A stretch of 64,000 nt of DNA from Vulcanimicrobiota bacterium (lineage in GTDB: Bacteria; Vulcanimicrobiota; Vulcanimicrobiia; Vulcanimicrobiales; Vulcanimicrobiaceae). Where the stretch lies: assembly GCA_963786105.1 (NCBI GenBank), contig CAWAXX010000014.1, positions 192,001 through 256,000 of the forward strand, written 5' to 3'. The position numbers and the translations under genes were made by a program. The notes beneath the pieces were generated by a model. The model ran no database searches, was not told the origin of the DNA, and was given only the letters and a program-made list of their open reading frames with translations. Positions 28,667 to 38,196 of the stretch are shown here, piece after piece. Position 1 is the stretch's first letter; each line of letters opens with the position of its first letter.

Positions 28667-29614
28667 CTATTCCTCGAGCAGGGCGTCGGCGAGTCTTGCG
28701 AGCTCTTCTTTCGCCGGGCCGGGCGAAATGGGCTCTAACGCCGCTTTTGCCCGCTCCACGAAGCGCGCAATCTGCACGCGAGTTGCCGCCAGGCCGCCTT
28801 GGCGCTCGATGCCCGTGACGATTGCCGGGATTGCCTCGTTGGTGCTTCCACCGTAGAAACGCCGCACCTCGTCACGAAAGCTTCCGTTTCCCGACGCGAG
28901 CGCTTCGATCAAGGGTATGGTGACCTTGCGCTCGGTAAGGTCGTTTCCGACCGGTTTACCGAGCGAACGTTCGTCGGCAACGATATCCAGCAGATCGTCT
29001 TTCATCTGAAATGCGATGCCGAAAGCGTCGCCGAACGCGCGAAGGCCGTCGACCTCGGGCCGGTCCGCACCGCCCATGATGGCTCCGCACTCGGCTGATG
29101 CCGCGAAGAGCGAGGCGGTCTTCCTTCGGGCGATCTCGACGTAGTCTCCCAGCGTGAGGTCGAGGTCGCCGCGAGCCTGTAGCTGCAAGACCTCGCCGTC
29201 GCAGATGTCGGCCAGCGTGGCCGAAAGAACGTGCGGAACCGGGTGCGGATAGTTGGCGGTGACGTTCTTGAAAATCCAAGCGAAGAGGTAGTCGCCGGCC
29301 AGTACGCTGACACGGTTGCCATAATCGACTGCCGTCGCATTCACGCCGCGACGCGTGCTCGCATTATCGACCACGTCGTCGTGGATGAGCGTTGCGACGT
29401 GGATGAGCTCCATGTATGCGGCCAGATGCAAGTGATCGAGCGCCTTGCCTCCGCCGGCGTCGACCGACAGCAGCGTCACCCGCGGGCGCAAGCGCTTCCC
29501 GCCGGCCGCCAGCATACGCTGCACCGCTTCGGTAATGACGGCGTTGTCGGTCGAAAACGTTGATGCGAAGAACGACTCGACGATCGCGTGCAAGTCCGTG
29601 ACTGCGTCGCTCAC
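28667..29614 (-). CDS. Polyprenyl diphosphate synthase (quinone side chain)
   Basis: GGKRLRP, LIHDDVVD, RRG, KTA and FQMKDDLLD motifs. Confidence 0.92.
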   Translation of the reverse strand: MSDAVTDLHAIVESFFASTFSTDNAVITEAVQRMLAAGGKRLRPRVTLLSVDAGGGKALDHLHLAAYMELIHVATLIHDDVVDNASTRRGVNATAVDYGNRVSVLAGDYLFAWIFKNVTANYPHPVPHVLSATLADICDGEVLQLQARGDLDLTLGDYVEIARRKTASLFAASAECGAIMGGADRPEVDGLRAFGDAFGIAFQMKDDLLDIVADERSLGKPVGNDLTERKVTIPLIEALASGNGSFRDEVRRFYGGSTNEAIPAIVTGIERQGGLAATRVQIARFVERAKAALEPISPGPAKEELARLADALLEE

Positions 29615-30345
29615 GAATTTCCCTTAGCTCCGTAGTGCACCGCAATCGCTCCACCCACGAGCGGCAGATATCCGGGTTCGACGAAGCCGGCGCGAACGAA
29701 ACGGTCGCACAGTTCTCGCGCGTTGGGATGGTGCGTCAGCGAACTGGGGAGGTAGGCGTACGCCTGTCGCGATCCGCCGACAACCCCGCCAACCAGCGGA
29801 ACGATGTGGTAAAAATACAAATCGAACACGCGCTTCCAAAGCTTGTTGGGGGCTTTGCTGACGTCGAGGTTAACGAAGCGCGCACCCGGTTTGAGCACGC
29901 GCAGGATTTCACGCAACACGTGCTCGACGTCGACCACGTTGCGCAGGCTAAAGCCCATCGTTGCTCCGTCGAAAGAGCCGTCCTCGAACGGAAGCGCCAT
30001 CGCGTCGCCTTCGACGAAGGTAGGGGTGCCGTGCGTTTGCGTGCGGGCCCTCGCCTTCGCGCGCTCGAGCATCGGCGCGCAAAAATCGACGCCGGTGACC
30101 GCCAGCGTCGGGTCGACGCGCAGGAGATGGAAAACCAGATCGCCGGTGCCGCAGCAGAGATCGAGAACGCGTCCCCCGCGCGGCGGTGCCAGCACGGCGA
30201 TCGCTCGGCGACGCCAGCGTTCGTCCATACCGGCGGTCAAGACGCGATTGGCGGTGTCGTAGCGAGGAGCGATCCGCGCGAACATGTCGCGCACGAACGC
30301 GCCTTTGTCGCCGTTCGGCCGATCGCCGATCGGAGTCGAAGTCAT
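29611..30345 (-). CDS. menG: Demethylmenaquinone methyltransferase (UbiE/MenG)
   Basis: MFARIAPRYD, LDLCCGTGD, GDAMALPF and LRNV motifs. Confidence 0.88.
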   Translation of the reverse strand: MTSTPIGDRPNGDKGAFVRDMFARIAPRYDTANRVLTAGMDERWRRRAIAVLAPPRGGRVLDLCCGTGDLVFHLLRVDPTLAVTGVDFCAPMLERAKARARTQTHGTPTFVEGDAMALPFEDGSFDGATMGFSLRNVVDVEHVLREILRVLKPGARFVNLDVSKAPNKLWKRVFDLYFYHIVPLVGGVVGGSRQAYAYLPSSLTHHPNARELCDRFVRAGFVEPGYLPLVGGAIAVHYGAKGNS

Positions 30346-30435
30346 CGGTGTCGCTGCTTTCCAGCGCACCGGCGCCTCTCCTGGCGTTCCGAAGGACTCC
30401 TAGCGCCAGTGACGTTTGTCGGGATTGCGGGCTCG

Positions 30436-31467
30436 ATGATTGCGTTGAGCTCCATCGGCGACGTTCGTGCGGCGATTTCGAACGCTCGAGACGTCGACGT
30501 GCTCGCGTACACGCTTGCGCGAGGCCCGGTGCTTGAAGCGTTGGAAGCGGCGGCGAGCCGCGGCGCGCACGTAGAAGTTCGCCTCGAAGGCACGCCGTAC
30601 GGGGATTCCGACGGTGCGCTGGCACGACACAACCGCCAAATCGTCGAGGAACTCGCGCGATTCGGCATCGACGCGCGGCTGGGGCACGTGCATCCCGGCG
30701 GTGACTCCGAGGCGCCGGTGCATGCAAAGGCGCTCGTCGCCGACGACCGCGTCTTCCTCGACGACCGAAATTGGTGCGGCGACGACTTCGTAGTGGCGGA
30801 TCGAGACGCCGATGTCGTGCGAGCGATCGTCGACTCCGTCGAAGGAAAGACACCGCACGCCGCACCGAACGCGGCGTTCGCTCTGGAAAAGCGCGGCGCG
30901 CTCGCGCGCGAAGCGGAACTCCTTCGAGCGTCACGTACCGGCGACGACGTCGTCGTCGAGAGCGAGTCATTTGGGAACGGCAATCCAGTGTACGCGGTGC
31001 TCGACGATTTGGGAAAGCGCGGACTCGCACCACGTCTGCTCGTTTCGGCGCGCGAAGCGACGAACGAGCGTGAAGCGAAGGCGCTCGCCAGGCTGGCGAG
31101 CGATGGAGTGATCGTGCGAGTCACGCGCGGCACGGAGAAGTTCGCACTGGTCGACGACCGCGCGTGGATCGGCTCGGCTAACGCTTCAGCCGATTTCGGT
31201 CATCCCGATATGATCGACTGGGGCTTGTGCACCGACGATCGCGACGTCGTGTCGGCTGCCCGCGAGCGCGTCGAAGCTCGCTGGGCGGCGGCAAAGCGAT
31301 TGGCGACGCGTCACGGCCTTTCGGCGAGGGGGCCTCAGTGGCGAACGTCTTCGGATCGGACGTTGGCGGCTCTTAGTCCAAACAATGAGTCCGCGTTACG
31401 ATCGGTCGCGGTCGCAACCTCGGCGACGCTCGTTTCCAGCACCTCAGCGACTTTGGCGGTGACGTGA
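30436..31467 (+). CDS. Phospholipase D-like domain protein
   Basis: HAKALVAD (HKD motif) and a degenerate second motif TEKFALVD...GSAN. 3' end overlaps tatD antisense. Confidence 0.72.
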   Translation: MIALSSIGDVRAAISNARDVDVLAYTLARGPVLEALEAAASRGAHVEVRLEGTPYGDSDGALARHNRQIVEELARFGIDARLGHVHPGGDSEAPVHAKALVADDRVFLDDRNWCGDDFVVADRDADVVRAIVDSVEGKTPHAAPNAAFALEKRGALAREAELLRASRTGDDVVVESESFGNGNPVYAVLDDLGKRGLAPRLLVSAREATNEREAKALARLASDGVIVRVTRGTEKFALVDDRAWIGSANASADFGHPDMIDWGLCTDDRDVVSAARERVEARWAAAKRLATRHGLSARGPQWRTSSDRTLAALSPNNESALRSVAVATSATLVSSTSATLAVT

Positions 31468-32132
31468 GTGAGAAAAGCAGGCTCGTTGCGTTTGCCTCTC
31501 ACCGGGACGGGCGCGAGATAGGGGGAGTCGGTCTCGAGGACGATCGCGCCGACGCCGATCGCGCGCACCGCTTCGCGCAGCGCGCCGGCGTTGGCGAACG
31601 TCACGACCCCGCCGATTCCGAGCGACAGGCCGAACTCGCCCGTCAGCACGCGCGCCTGCTCGGCATTTCCGGTAAAGCAATGCACGACGCCGCGCATTCC
31701 CGCCACGAACTCTTCGCGCAGTATCGCGTAAAAGTCGTCGAAAGCGTCTCGCTGGTGAAAGATGACCGGCAAGGCTCGTTCTCGCGCGAGCCGTAGCTGC
31801 GAACGCAACACCTTGCGCTGCGCGTCGTGCGGGCTGTGGTCGTAATAGTAATCGAGGCCGGTCTCGCCGATTGCGACCGCCGGCGACTTCTCGAGGAGGG
31901 GCGCGAAAGCCGCGGCGAGGTCTTCGGGTGCATCCTTGGCCTCGTGCGGGTGGATGCCGACCGAGGCAAGCGTTCCGAACTGCTTGGCGGCCGCGATCGC
32001 GCGCGTGCTGTCGGCGAGGTCGCATCCTACCGTGAGCAGGCGGGTGACGCCCGCCGCCACCGCTCGTTCGATCGTCTCGACGCGGTCGCCGTCAAATCTG
32101 GCATCGTGCACGTGGCAGTGCGTATCGGTCAC
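31335..32132 (-). CDS. tatD: TatD family hydrolase
   Basis: DTHCH, GIHPH, IGETGLDY, HCF, ETDSPYL and RNEP motifs. Confidence 0.93.
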   Translation of the reverse strand: MTDTHCHVHDARFDGDRVETIERAVAAGVTRLLTVGCDLADSTRAIAAAKQFGTLASVGIHPHEAKDAPEDLAAAFAPLLEKSPAVAIGETGLDYYYDHSPHDAQRKVLRSQLRLARERALPVIFHQRDAFDDFYAILREEFVAGMRGVVHCFTGNAEQARVLTGEFGLSLGIGGVVTFANAGALREAVRAIGVGAIVLETDSPYLAPVPVRGKRNEPAFLTHVTAKVAEVLETSVAEVATATDRNADSLFGLRAANVRSEDVRH

Positions 32133-33655
32133 GCCGATGCCGCCAACTCGATGCGAGGGAAGAGCGCTTCGCCCGAGGCGATCCGCGCGCCGGGCTCGAG
32201 GCCGCCCCAGGTGCGCAACGCCGTAGACCAGTCGTCGGTGATGCTTCCACCGGCGCCGAGGCGTCGCCACATCTCCTCCATGCGCTCCGGCATGACCGGA
32301 TGCAGTAGCATCGCGAGCCAACGCAGGCCTTCGCACAAATCGTAAAGCAGCTCGTCGAGCTCGTCGTTGCGACCTTCCTTAAAGAGGACCCAAGGCTTTC
32401 GTTCGTCGACCGCGCGGTTGAGCGCCGTGACGAGCTCCCAAGCGGCTTCGAGCGCTTCGCGGAAACGTAAATCGAGGATGCGCTCGCGGACGAGCGCCGG
32501 CAATGCCGCAAAACGCACCGCGAATTCGCCGTCGGCGCCGCGCCCTTGCGGGACGACCCCCTCACGATATTTTTGCACCATCGAGGCGGTGCGGTGAAGC
32601 AGATTGCCGAGGTCGTTTCCAAGATCGCTATTGTGCCGTTGCGCGATCTTCTCTTCCGAATACGAGAAGTCGCTGCCAAACGGCGCTTCGCGCAGAAGAA
32701 AGTACCGCAGCGAATCTGCGCCGAAGCGCGTCGCCAACGCAAACGGATCGACCGCATTTCCCAAACTCTTGCCCATCTTTTGGCCGTCGACCGTGATCCA
32801 GCCGTGCGCGAAGACGAGTTTCGGTGGCGCTTCCGCGATCGACCATAGCATCGCCGGCCAAACGATCGTATGAAAGCGTGCGATCTCCTTTCCTATGAGC
32901 TGCACGCTGGCCGGCCAGTAGGTCGCGAACTTCGCCGGATCGGTCGACCAGCCGATCGCCGAAATGTAGTTGAGCAACGCGTCGAACCACACGTAGACTA
33001 CGCCGCCGCCGCCCGGAATCGGGATTCCCCATTCCAAGTTCGTTCGCGTGATCGACAGATCGTCGAGGCCTTCTTCGAGAAGCGCGAGCATTTCGTTGTA
33101 GACGCTCTTGGGGCGAACCCACTGTGGATTCGCGCGGAAGTGTTCGAGCAAACGCTCGCGATATTTCGAAAGACGAAAGAACCAATCTTCCTCCGAGATG
33201 CGCGAGACTTCACGACCGCACGTCGGACAACGTCCGTCGACGAGCTTCGACTCCGGCCAGAAGGTCTCGTCGGAGACGCAATACCAGCCCTCGTACGTGC
33301 CGAGGTAGACGTCTCCGCTCGCGCGCATGCGTTCGAATACCGCCTGCACGACCCGCTCGTGACGCGGCTCGGTCGTGCGGATGAAGTCGTCGTACTCCAC
33401 GTGGTACGCGGCGAACAGTGCTTTCCAGCGCGGCACGAGCTCGTCGCACCACGCTTTCGGCGTTTTCCCGGCTTGGGCCGCGGCGTTGGCGACCTTCTGC
33501 CCATGTTCGTCCGTGCCGGTGAGAAAGTGCGCCGGTCCGCCCGTTCGCGCCGTACGCGCGAGCGCGTCGGCGACCACGGTGGTATAGGCGTGGCCGATGT
33601 GAGGATCGCCGCTAATATAGTAGATGGGGGTGGTGACGTAGTAGGCGCGGGTCAT
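32129..33655 (-). CDS. metG: Methionine--tRNA ligase (short form)
   Basis: TTPIYY, HIGH, GTDEHG, YVWFDAL and KMGKS motifs. Confidence 0.96.
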   Translation of the reverse strand: MTRAYYVTTPIYYISGDPHIGHAYTTVVADALARTARTGGPAHFLTGTDEHGQKVANAAAQAGKTPKAWCDELVPRWKALFAAYHVEYDDFIRTTEPRHERVVQAVFERMRASGDVYLGTYEGWYCVSDETFWPESKLVDGRCPTCGREVSRISEEDWFFRLSKYRERLLEHFRANPQWVRPKSVYNEMLALLEEGLDDLSITRTNLEWGIPIPGGGGVVYVWFDALLNYISAIGWSTDPAKFATYWPASVQLIGKEIARFHTIVWPAMLWSIAEAPPKLVFAHGWITVDGQKMGKSLGNAVDPFALATRFGADSLRYFLLREAPFGSDFSYSEEKIAQRHNSDLGNDLGNLLHRTASMVQKYREGVVPQGRGADGEFAVRFAALPALVRERILDLRFREALEAAWELVTALNRAVDERKPWVLFKEGRNDELDELLYDLCEGLRWLAMLLHPVMPERMEEMWRRLGAGGSITDDWSTALRTWGGLEPGARIASGEALFPRIELAASA

Positions 33656-34524
33656 GGTCGGCCGCTTTCGGTGGACGCAGCGCGGCCCTTTCTGGCCGCT
33701 TTGCGCGCGCTCGCGCGGGCATACAAGTCGGTCCGGCTTCCGAGGCCGCGTTGCGCGAGCAGTTTAGCGATCTCGCCAACCCGGCGGTTTTGCGCGAGCA
33801 GCGCATCGATGGCCCCATCGGCATCACCGGCCGGCCCCTCGGCGCAAACCGGTTCGGGCGCGCGGTACGGAGCGACCGCGAAGGCCACCTCGCCCCGTAC
33901 CGGGTCGGGCAAGGCCGCGGCAACTTCCGCTGGACTCCCGAGGGTTTGCTGCTCGTGCAATTTCGTGTACTCCCGAACGAGAAAAACCCGCGCGGCGGGC
34001 GCTACGGTTTCCAAGTCGGCGAGCGTCGCGCGAATACGGCGCGGCGATTCGTACCAGATGGTCGTGACGTCGTCGCGCAAGGCGCCGGCAAAAGCCGCTC
34101 GCCGAGCCTGCGCGCGGCGCGGCGGGAATCCCTCGAACGTAAAGCGGCGCAAGGGGAATCCCGAAAGCGCCGCCACGCCGAAGGCGGCACTCGCGCCGGG
34201 GAGGACGTCGACACCGACGCCGGCCGCCCTGGCCGCCGCCACCAGCTGGCTGCCCGGGTCCGAAATGCTAGGCATGCCGGCGTCGCAGGTTACGGCGACG
34301 AGACCGGCGCGCGCGCGTTCGATGATTCCCGGGGTGACGCTCGCGGCGTTTTGTTCGCGATAACTCCACAGTTCTCGGCCCGCAATGCCGAGCGCTTGGA
34401 GCAGCCTACGCGCAACTCGCGTGTCCTCGGACACGATGAGCTCGGCGTCGCGCAAAACGTCGAGCGCACGAAGCGTCACGTCCCGCAAGTTTCCTAATGG
34501 AGTCGGTACGAGGATCAGCGGCAT
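33652..34524 (-). CDS. rsmI: 16S rRNA C1402 2'-O-methyltransferase
   Basis: VPTPLGNLRDVTLRA, EDTR, DAGMPSISDPG and YESPRR motifs. Confidence 0.93.
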   Translation of the reverse strand: MPLILVPTPLGNLRDVTLRALDVLRDAELIVSEDTRVARRLLQALGIAGRELWSYREQNAASVTPGIIERARAGLVAVTCDAGMPSISDPGSQLVAAARAAGVGVDVLPGASAAFGVAALSGFPLRRFTFEGFPPRRAQARRAAFAGALRDDVTTIWYESPRRIRATLADLETVAPAARVFLVREYTKLHEQQTLGSPAEVAAALPDPVRGEVAFAVAPYRAPEPVCAEGPAGDADGAIDALLAQNRRVGEIAKLLAQRGLGSRTDLYARASARKAARKGRAASTESGRP

Positions 34525-34618
34525 GGTGGTCCCTGCGTCTTCGACGTAGGTGTGGGCGGTACTTACATCCGTCCCAAGGCCGCCAGGCAGTCTGCATCCG
34601 GATTTAGAAATACGACGC

Positions 34619-34885
34619 ATGAAGGTAGACGTAGAACACGTCGCGCCCGGATCCAAGCTCGATCTTTACGTTTCGCCCGATTGTCCGTATTGCCGCGCCG
34701 CCATCGCTCATTACGATGCTGCCGGGATGCCTTACGAGCTGCACGACGCACAAAACGATCGCGCGCAGCGCAAGCGGATGTTCGACTATACCGGCGGCGA
34801 TCCAACGGTACCGGCGATCGTCATCGACGGTGCCTACGTTCAATCCGGATGGGGGTCTCCGCCGCGGGGTTGAACCGTCCACTGA
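34619..34885 (+). CDS. Uxx*-type glutaredoxin-like selenoprotein (UGA at 34871-34873 read as Sec; ends G-U-T-V-H*)
   Basis: CPYC and TVP glutaredoxin fold ending GWGSPPRG-TGA-ACC-GTC-CAC-TGA, followed by a SECIS-like hairpin. Confidence 0.8.
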
Positions 34886-34903
34886 GCGCGCCGGTCGGCG
34901 TGC
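34886..34903 (+). promoter_or_regulatory. Putative SECIS hairpin of the Uxx* gene
   Basis: GCGCGCC-GGTC-GGCGTGC stem (one G-U pair) starting 12 nt after the first UGA. Same CGGTC apex as the FDH SECIS. Confidence 0.72.
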
Positions 34904-34981
34904 CGTGAAGGAGCCGTCCGCCGCCGCACCGCAGTCGTTTTTTAGGGTGCTCCTCTTTTTGTAGAATGTGGAGGTTTTTGC

Positions 34982-35308
34982 ATGAACAGCGCGAGCGATA
35001 GCGCTACCAACGCCGCCGCCGCGGGCATCTTCGGCGGCATGATGTTGTTCATTATCGTCATCGTATGTGCGTTGACGGTTTTCTTCGTTTGGCTCTTTTG
35101 GCGCGTCTTCACCAAGACGGGAATGAACCCCGCACTCGGTCTGCTCTGCCTCGTTCCCTCCATCGGCCCGCTGATTTGCCTGCTGATCTTGGCGTTCAGC
35201 CGCTGGCCGATCGAGGATGCCTTGCTCGCGCACGGCGGAGGCCTGCTTTCGCCGTCCCAACCGCCCAGCAATCCGCCGCCGCCCGGCAGCTCGGTGATGC
35301 CGACCTAA
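34982..35308 (+). CDS. Small membrane protein
   Basis: Hydrophobic helices, WRVFTKTG...LVPSIG...FSRWP. GGAGG RBS. Confidence 0.7.
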   Translation: MNSASDSATNAAAAGIFGGMMLFIIVIVCALTVFFVWLFWRVFTKTGMNPALGLLCLVPSIGPLICLLILAFSRWPIEDALLAHGGGLLSPSQPPSNPPPPGSSVMPT

Positions 35309-35317
35309 CCTAACCCG

Positions 35318-36760
35318 CTACGAGCTCCAAACCTCGGCGATCCACTCTTCAACGGCTTCGGCTTTCGAAGGGAGGCTCGCCGAGAGATTCTCCGCGCCGC
35401 CGTTGCGGACCGCGAGGTCGTCTTCGATTCGCACGCCGATGCCGCGGAAGCGCTCCGGCACCGTGGCGTCGTCGGGCTGAAAATAGAGACCCGGCTCGAT
35501 CGTCAACACCATGCCTTCGCGCAGCGTCCCATACCGATACGTTTGCGCGCGAGCACGCGCGCAGTCGTGGACGTCGATTCCGAGCATGTGGCTCACGTTG
35601 TGGAGCGTGTAGCGGCGGTAGAACGTATTTGCCGGGTCGAGCGCTTCCTCGAGCGTCGCGTGGAGAATTCCCAGGTCGATGAGGCCTTGAGCGAGGATCC
35701 TCATCGCCCGGCGATTCGGTTCGAGAAAGTCGTTTCCGGGAACGACCGCAGCGATAGCCGCTTGCTGCGCCTCCCACACCAGATCGTAGATCGCGCGCTG
35801 TTCGGCCGAGTACCGTCCTGAAGTCGGAAGCGTGCGCGTAACGTCGGCCGTGTAGAGCGAGTGACGCTCGGCACCCGCATCGAGCAGCAGGAGCGCGCCG
35901 GGCGCTATCGCGCCGTCGTTACGAGTCCAATGCAGCGTGCATGCGTGACGGCCGGCGGCGGCGATCGTCAGGTACCCGACGTCGTTGCCGTCGATGCGCG
36001 ACCGGCTCCAAAAAGCGGCTTCGATTTCGCGCTCGCTCTTGGCGTGCCGCATCGCGCGTATCGCATCCTCGAAGCCGCACTTGGTCAGCGCACACGCCTC
36101 GCGCAGCTCCGCCAGTTCGTACTCGTCTTTGATGAGCCGCGTTTCGGAAAGATACGCGGCGAGATCGCCGTCACGATCGTTTTCGCCCAGCAAAGCATCG
36201 ACGGCGTCGTCGGCGCCGCGCACCAGTGCGCGTGCGGCGTTCGCTTCACGCAACTCCTCGAGGTACGAGACGCGCTCCGGTAGGGGCCGGCAAGCATCGA
36301 CGCCGTAATATGCCGCGCTCTCCTCCACGCCGCGATGCCGTCCGACCCATAGTTCGCCGTGCATGCGGTCGGTAAAAAACTCCGGATTCCCGCGGTTGTG
36401 TTCGCGTGCGAAAAGCACGCTGCGATGGCCGTCGCCGTCGGGCTCCATGACCAGCAGCGATTCAGGCTCGCCGTCTCCCATCAAATAGGCAAAGTCGCTT
36501 GCAGTTCGGAATCGAAAATACGTGTCGTTCGCGCGAACGCGCTCGCGGCCGGCGGGCACGACGAGATACGTGCCGGGGTACGCCCGCGACATCGCGGCGC
36601 GGCGTTCGCGAAACCGCGCGAGTTGCGGATGCGGCCGCGCGTCGAGCTCACCGTCGATCCACCCACCGGCCATGAAGGAAACCAGCGCGGGCGGCGTATC
36701 GGGATCGTAACTCGTTTTTTGCGACGAGGGCGGGGAATCGGCAAAGGCTTTTGCAGACAT
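35318..36760 (-). CDS. pepP: Xaa-Pro aminopeptidase (M24)
   Basis: RANDTYFRFR, LLDAG, ADVTRT, HMLGIDVHD, TIEPGLY and GVRIEDD motifs. Confidence 0.92.
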   Translation of the reverse strand: MSAKAFADSPPSSQKTSYDPDTPPALVSFMAGGWIDGELDARPHPQLARFRERRAAMSRAYPGTYLVVPAGRERVRANDTYFRFRTASDFAYLMGDGEPESLLVMEPDGDGHRSVLFAREHNRGNPEFFTDRMHGELWVGRHRGVEESAAYYGVDACRPLPERVSYLEELREANAARALVRGADDAVDALLGENDRDGDLAAYLSETRLIKDEYELAELREACALTKCGFEDAIRAMRHAKSEREIEAAFWSRSRIDGNDVGYLTIAAAGRHACTLHWTRNDGAIAPGALLLLDAGAERHSLYTADVTRTLPTSGRYSAEQRAIYDLVWEAQQAAIAAVVPGNDFLEPNRRAMRILAQGLIDLGILHATLEEALDPANTFYRRYTLHNVSHMLGIDVHDCARARAQTYRYGTLREGMVLTIEPGLYFQPDDATVPERFRGIGVRIEDDLAVRNGGAENLSASLPSKAEAVEEWIAEVWSS

Positions 36761-36972
36761 TGTCCCGGTGGGTTCGCGGCCGGCGGCTTTCGGTCCGTTC
36801 GGGGAGAAAGGAAGGACCCGTGGAGACACCTGTGGTCGCGCGCGCGCTGAGTTTCGCGCCAGGCATCGCCTTGGCGAGCGGCGCCTAAGGTGGCGCCGCG
36901 GACGCAAGCCGAGATCGACCGGTTTCGAGAGCCCGGCGCGACGGCGACGATCGACGGTGGCCCACCGGCGCA

Positions 36973-37350
36973 ATGAGTCCGAAGGAAAACGACGTGCGTG
37001 CTAACGACACGCTGGCAAACGAACGAACGTACCTCGCTTACGTTCGGACGGCTCTCGCGTTCATCGCGTTCGGGTTTGTCATCGCGCGATTCTCGCTCTT
37101 CACGCGCGAATTTTCCGAGCTCGCGCATCTCGGCACGGTAAAAGAAGGGGTGTCGACGGCGTTTGGAACGGCGATGGCCGTTTTCGGGATCGTCGTTGCC
37201 GTTCTGGGCGCGTGGCGCTACGGCGTTACCGACCGCGGCCTTCGCGAGGGTCGCGTCGTCCGGCTGCCGGCATTGATGGGGTACGTCCTCTCGCTGTTCG
37301 TCGCCGGCATCGGGGCGGTCGTCGCTTTCGCGCTTATCGCAGTACGATGA
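36973..37350 (+). CDS. DUF202/YidH family membrane protein
   Basis: LANERTYLAYVRTAL. Confidence 0.88.
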   Translation: MSPKENDVRANDTLANERTYLAYVRTALAFIAFGFVIARFSLFTREFSELAHLGTVKEGVSTAFGTAMAVFGIVVAVLGAWRYGVTDRGLREGRVVRLPALMGYVLSLFVAGIGAVVAFALIAVR

Positions 37351-37353
37351 GCT

Positions 37354-38196
37354 TCAGTCGACTTCGAGACTGAGGTCGAGCGCCGGTGCGCTATGCGTGA
37401 GCCATCCGACGCTGATGAGATCCACGCCGCTGTCTGCGATGGCGCGAATTGACTCCGGCGAGACGCCGCCGCTTGCTTCGGTGAGCACGCGTCCGTTCAC
37501 CAGCTGCACTGCTTGCGCGAGCCGTTCGGGCGTCATGTTGTCGAGCAGAACGGCGTCGATCGGCTCCTCGAGAGCCTCTCGCAGTTGCTCCAAGGTGTCG
37601 ACTTCGACTTCGACCTTAACGGCGTGACCGATCCGCGCGCGAACGGCCGCTACCGCGTCCCCAACCGAGCCCGTCAGCGCCAAATGATTATCCTTTACGA
37701 GCACGGCGTCGTCCAAACCGAAGCGATGGTTGACGCCGCCGCCGCAACGCACCGCATACTTCTCGAGCGCGCGCAGTCCCGGCGTCGTCTTTCGGGTATC
37801 GGCTACCCGCGCGCGCGTTCCCGCGACCATGTCGACCAACGCACGCGTTGCCGTCGCAATTCCCGACAGACGGCACAGAAAATTGAGCGCGGTTCGTTCG
37901 CCGGTAAGAATGGCGCGAGCGCGACCGTGAATTTCGGCGACGCAATCGCCGGCACGCACCGGCTCGCCGTCGGCTATGGCCGCATCGACGCGAATCGATT
38001 GGTCGAGAAGGCGAAACGCCAGCATGGCAACGCCGAGCCCGGCGACGATGCCGGGCCGGCGCGCGACGATGCGCGCGCGCGCCGTTAGTTCGAAGGGAAC
38101 CGTGGCGTCGGTGGTGAGATCGTTGCCGTGGCCGATGTCCTCGAGCAGCGCGGCCCGCACCAGCGGTTCCACGACGAGCCGGTCGGGCTCAGGCAA
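37354..38196 (-). CDS. nadC: Nicotinate-nucleotide pyrophosphorylase
   Basis: DTRKTTPG, HRFGL, KDNH, LLDNM and EASGG motifs. Confidence 0.95.
   Translation of the reverse strand: MPEPDRLVVEPLVRAALLEDIGHGNDLTTDATVPFELTARARIVARRPGIVAGLGVAMLAFRLLDQSIRVDAAIADGEPVRAGDCVAEIHGRARAILTGERTALNFLCRLSGIATATRALVDMVAGTRARVADTRKTTPGLRALEKYAVRCGGGVNHRFGLDDAVLVKDNHLALTGSVGDAVAAVRARIGHAVKVEVEVDTLEQLREALEEPIDAVLLDNMTPERLAQAVQLVNGRVLTEASGGVSPESIRAIADSGVDLISVGWLTHSAPALDLSLEVD

Noticed and set aside
36819..36976. Short ORFs after an AGGAAGGA RBS between pepP and DUF202
   Set aside because: The 22-aa and 28-aa peptides have no recognisable features. They may be remnants, but the evidence is insufficient.
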